Assembly: GCA_965372365.1 (NCBI GenBank)
Contig: CBDVCA010000003.1
Span: 1-54,874 of the forward strand
Reading direction: 5' to 3'
Length of the DNA: 54,874 nucleotides
Origin: an uncultured bacterium
Lineage (GTDB): Bacteria > Planctomycetota > Phycisphaerae > SM23-33 > FEN-1343
The notes below the pieces were generated by a model. The model was not told the origin of the DNA. It worked only from the letters and a program-made list of their open reading frames with translations, and did not search any database. Position 1 is the stretch's first letter; the number at the start of each line of letters is the position of its first letter. Below are positions 52,005 to 54,874 of this stretch, piece by piece. A program made the position numbers and the translations under genes.

Positions 52005-53423
52005 ATGAGAGTTTTCATGCTTGGCTGGGAGTTTCCCCCCTTTATTAGCGGGGGGCTCGGGACCGCGTGCTACGGTCTGACCAAAGGACTTGACGCCGTC
52101 GGGGTGGAAGTTACGTTCGTGCTTCCCACCGCCGTTCCGATCGACTCGACCAGCCACGTACAAGTTCGAACGCCGGCCGACGCCGTCGGTGCGGCCTCAG
52201 CGGCCGCCGGAGCCGGGGACAGTGTGTCCCCTTCGCCGGAGATGCTCGCGGCCGTCAAGGAATTCAAACACCTCCGGGTCAAGCAGGTTCCCGCCACACT
52301 GCAGGCGTACGGCCAACCGGCCACGCTGAAAGAGGCTGTGGAGGAACTGGTCCGCCAGGGCAAGACGCCCACCGAGGCCATCGAAGCGATCGGAGGCCTG
52401 TCGGCGGTGCTGCCGGAGACGGCCGAAACCGCCGAACTCATGGAGATGGCCGCCGCCGAACCTGTCGACGCCGGCGGGCTGGTCGACTCCGGCGGGGGCG
52501 CCCACTACCAGGGCGACCTGATGGACCAAGTGCGTCAATACGCCTCGCTGGCCAGCCGAATCGCGCTGCGGGAGACGTTCGACGTCGTCCACGCCCACGA
52601 CTGGATGACCTACGCCGCCGGCCTGGCCGTCGCCGGACTGACCGGCAAGCCCCTGGTCGTCCATGTTCACTCTACCGAATTCGACCGATCCGGCGAGAAC
52701 GTCAATCAGCAGGTGTACGACATCGAACGCGCCGGCATGAACGGCGCCGATCGGGTCGTGTGCGTCAGCAAACTGACGCGAAATATCGTCATCAACCGTT
52801 ACGGCGCCCCCGCCAAGAAAGTCTCGGTGGTGTACAACGCCGTGACGGCGAAGGCCGGGGTCGCCAACGGCCAAGGAACGATCAGCACCACCGACAAGAT
52901 CGTCCTGTTCCTCGGTCGCATCACGATGCAGAAGGGTCCGGAATACTTCCTGGCCGCCGCCAAGAAGGTGTTACAGAAGATGCCCAACGTCCGGTTCGTC
53001 ATGGCCGGCAGCGGGGATATGATCCGTCGCACCATCGAAATGGCCGCGACGATGGGGATCGGTCAAAAAGTGACGTTCACCGGCTTCCTTCGCGGCGCCG
53101 ACGTCGACCGGGTGTACGCCATGGCCGACCTGTACGTAATGCCCTCAGTGAGCGAGCCGTTCGGCATCGCCCCGCTGGAGGCGCTCAGCCACAACGTTCC
53201 GGTGATCATTTCCAAGCAGAGCGGCGTCAGCGAAGTGCTGACCCACGTCCTGAAGGTGGATTTCTGGGACATTAACGAGATGGCCAACAAGATTCTGGCC
53301 GTCCTGAAGCATCCGCCCCTGCAGCGCGTTCTTCGCGAGCAGGGTAATTTCGAGTTGCAGAAGCTGTCCTGGGACGATTCCGCCGCCCAGTGCAAGGATA
53401 TCTATGACTCCTTGATGGTGTAG
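52005..53423 (+). CDS. Glycogen/starch-synthase-like GT-B glycosyltransferase
   Basis: MRVFMLGWEFPPFISGGLGTACYGLTKGL N-terminus. C-terminal SEPFGIAPLEALSHNVPVIISKQSGVSEVL (EX7E). Adjacent to GH57. Confidence 0.8.
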   Translation: MRVFMLGWEFPPFISGGLGTACYGLTKGLDAVGVEVTFVLPTAVPIDSTSHVQVRTPADAVGAASAAAGAGDSVSPSPEMLAAVKEFKHLRVKQVPATLQAYGQPATLKEAVEELVRQGKTPTEAIEAIGGLSAVLPETAETAELMEMAAAEPVDAGGLVDSGGGAHYQGDLMDQVRQYASLASRIALRETFDVVHAHDWMTYAAGLAVAGLTGKPLVVHVHSTEFDRSGENVNQQVYDIERAGMNGADRVVCVSKLTRNIVINRYGAPAKKVSVVYNAVTAKAGVANGQGTISTTDKIVLFLGRITMQKGPEYFLAAAKKVLQKMPNVRFVMAGSGDMIRRTIEMAATMGIGQKVTFTGFLRGADVDRVYAMADLYVMPSVSEPFGIAPLEALSHNVPVIISKQSGVSEVLTHVLKVDFWDINEMANKILAVLKHPPLQRVLREQGNFELQKLSWDDSAAQCKDIYDSLMV

Positions 53424-53527
53424 CCGGCCGTACTTGGTATCATCGCCCGGTTGCCGGAGCATAGAGGCGCCGGTAGCGAAGTCGGCATTACAATTAGAAC
53501 GCCCCTATTTCTAGAGTACCGAAGCCC

Positions 53528-54697
53528 ATGGCCTCAGTAGTTTTCTACTTCCAAGTTCATCAGCCGTTCCGCCTGCGTCGCTACAGCATCTTCGACAGCG
53601 GAGCGAACTACTTCGACGACTACAAGAACGAGCAGATCTGCAAAAAGGTCGCCGGGAAATGCTACCTCCCCGCCAACAAGGTGATGCTCGACTTGATCCG
53701 CGCCCACGAAGGGCGGTTCCGGATCTCCTACAGCCTGACCGGGACGGTGATCGAGCAATTCCGACGATTCTCCCCCGAGACGCTCGATAGCTTCGTCGCC
53801 TTGGCCGAGACCGGCTGCGTGGAGTTCATCTCCGAGACGTACTACCACAGCCTGTCGTTCCTCTACAGTCGCGACGAGTTCATCGAGCAGACGCAGATGC
53901 ACCGCAAGCTGATGGAAGACCTGTTCGGCCAGAAGCCCAAGGTGTTCCGCAACACCGAACTGACGTACAACAACGACGTGGCCAAGATCGTCGCGGATAT
54001 GGGTTTCGAGGCCGTTCTCAGCGAGGGCGTCGACAGCGTACTGGGCTACCGCAGCCCGGCGTACGTGTATAACCCTCCGAACTGCCCGGACTTGCGGATG
54101 CTGATGAAGAACTATCGGCTCAGCGACGATATCGCCTTCCGTTTCTCCAATCGGGGATGGAAGGAATGGCCGCTGACGACCGAAAAGTTCACCGACTGGG
54201 TCAACCAGATCAACGGCAACGGCTACACCTGCAACCTCTTCATGGATTACGAGACGTTCGGCGAGCACCAGTGGGAGGATACGGGGATCTTCCAGTTCCT
54301 CCAGGCGCTGCCGGGTGAGATTCTCAAGCATCCCGATAACGATTTTCTCACCGTCGCCGAGGCCGCCGGGCGATATCCCCCCGTCGGCGAGGTCGACGTG
54401 CCGCACATGACCAGTTGGGCCGATACCGAGCGCGATCTGTCGGCGTGGCTGGGCAACGCCATGCAGGCCAACGCCCTCCACGAGGTGTTCCGCCTCGAAG
54501 AGGACATCCGCGCCAAGGGCGACCCGGCCGTGCTGGACGACTGGCGGAAGTTGCAGACCTCCGACCACTTCTACTACATGTGCACCAAGTACTTCTCCGA
54601 CGGCGACGTCCACAAGTACTTCAATCCCTACGAGAGCCCCTACGACGGGTACATCAACTACATGAACATCGTCGATAACCTGAGGCACAGGATCTAG
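53528..54697 (+). CDS. Glycoside hydrolase family 57 (alpha-amylase/branching-enzyme-like)
   Basis: VVFYFQVHQPFRLRRY, ISETYYHSL and MDYETFGEHQW are GH57-type motifs. Confidence 0.82.
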   Translation: MASVVFYFQVHQPFRLRRYSIFDSGANYFDDYKNEQICKKVAGKCYLPANKVMLDLIRAHEGRFRISYSLTGTVIEQFRRFSPETLDSFVALAETGCVEFISETYYHSLSFLYSRDEFIEQTQMHRKLMEDLFGQKPKVFRNTELTYNNDVAKIVADMGFEAVLSEGVDSVLGYRSPAYVYNPPNCPDLRMLMKNYRLSDDIAFRFSNRGWKEWPLTTEKFTDWVNQINGNGYTCNLFMDYETFGEHQWEDTGIFQFLQALPGEILKHPDNDFLTVAEAAGRYPPVGEVDVPHMTSWADTERDLSAWLGNAMQANALHEVFRLEEDIRAKGDPAVLDDWRKLQTSDHFYYMCTKYFSDGDVHKYFNPYESPYDGYINYMNIVDNLRHRI

Positions 54698-54740
54698 CCG
54701 ACGGCTGGCCGCGTGATCGGCGCCATCGCAGCCGCGCAGG

Positions 54741-54779
54741 CCGCCGTAAGGCCCGTAGGGCCGGCAGATTTGTAGCTCA
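54741..54779 (-). repeat. Partial copy of the 157-bp repeat head
   Basis: Reverse complement GAGCTACAAATCTGCCGGCCCTACGGGCCTTACGGCGGC matches the head of copy 1. A MITE TIR-like word CTGCCGTTACTA follows at 54811-54822. Confidence 0.6.
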
Positions 54780-54874
54780 TGACGGATTGGGGATCCTCGC
54801 GACCAAGGGTCTGCCGTTACTACCACGACAGCGCTACATTCGCTCAAGTTATCTTCTACCCCGGTCCGATACTC

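Noticed and set aside
1-54874. tRNA, rRNA, tmRNA genes, transposases, integrases, reverse transcriptases and known defence enzymes.
   Set aside because: I scanned intergenic regions for T-loop words (GGTTCGAATCC-like) and scanned all ORF translations for DDE, tyrosine- or serine-recombinase, RT and nuclease-helicase motifs, and found none. tRNAscan-SE, Infernal and DefenseFinder/PADLOC runs would be the decisive checks.

Overview
High-GC bacterial chromosomal window. PEP-CTERM and PEGA surface proteins, giant TPR lipoproteins, GH57/glycogen genes and the frequent lack of Shine-Dalgarno sequences suggest a Planctomycetota/PVC-like organism (inference only). There are about 45 credible protein genes, mostly housekeeping. 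In order: crcB; a 3-gene unknown operon with an MA-clan metallopeptidase; nusA-infB-DUF503-rbfA plus an HhH/histone-H1-tail protein; hisG; a TPR lipoprotein; yebC; Wzy_C/TPR and WecA-like envelope genes; DUF4416; tgt; SpoIID. Then a Cus/Czc-type tripartite RND efflux operon divergent from a ZIP importer; a large CBM9-like lipoprotein; pabB; two copies of a SirC/CysG-N-like gene; ispH-plsC-cmk; aspS; DUF434; hicBA; pyk; a methyltransferase, SDR, metallophosphoesterase and Nudix protein; a glycogen-synthase-like GT and GH57. I found no rRNA, tRNA, CRISPR array, transposase, integrase or recognisable defence enzymes. Almost everything unusual is non-coding. (i) An insulated ~356-nt promoter-to-terminator unit with no ORF lies directly in front of nusA. 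(ii) A 35.8-40.2 kb repeat island holds a 702-bp segmental duplication (pabB tail + sirC-like gene) bracketing a lower-GC PEP-CTERM cassette, with GGGTTTCC arrays at three homology breakpoints, nested perfect palindromes and C10/G11 tracts. (iii) There are two families of dispersed structured repeats: a 157-bp repeat, and a TIR-bounded MITE-like element with a compensatory stem change. (iv) A hicBA module and an orphan antitoxin-like mini-gene share a duplicated promoter block. I cannot claim a complete new multi-gene system from sequence alone. The ncRNA/leader candidate and the GGGTTTCC-bounded cassette are the best leads.
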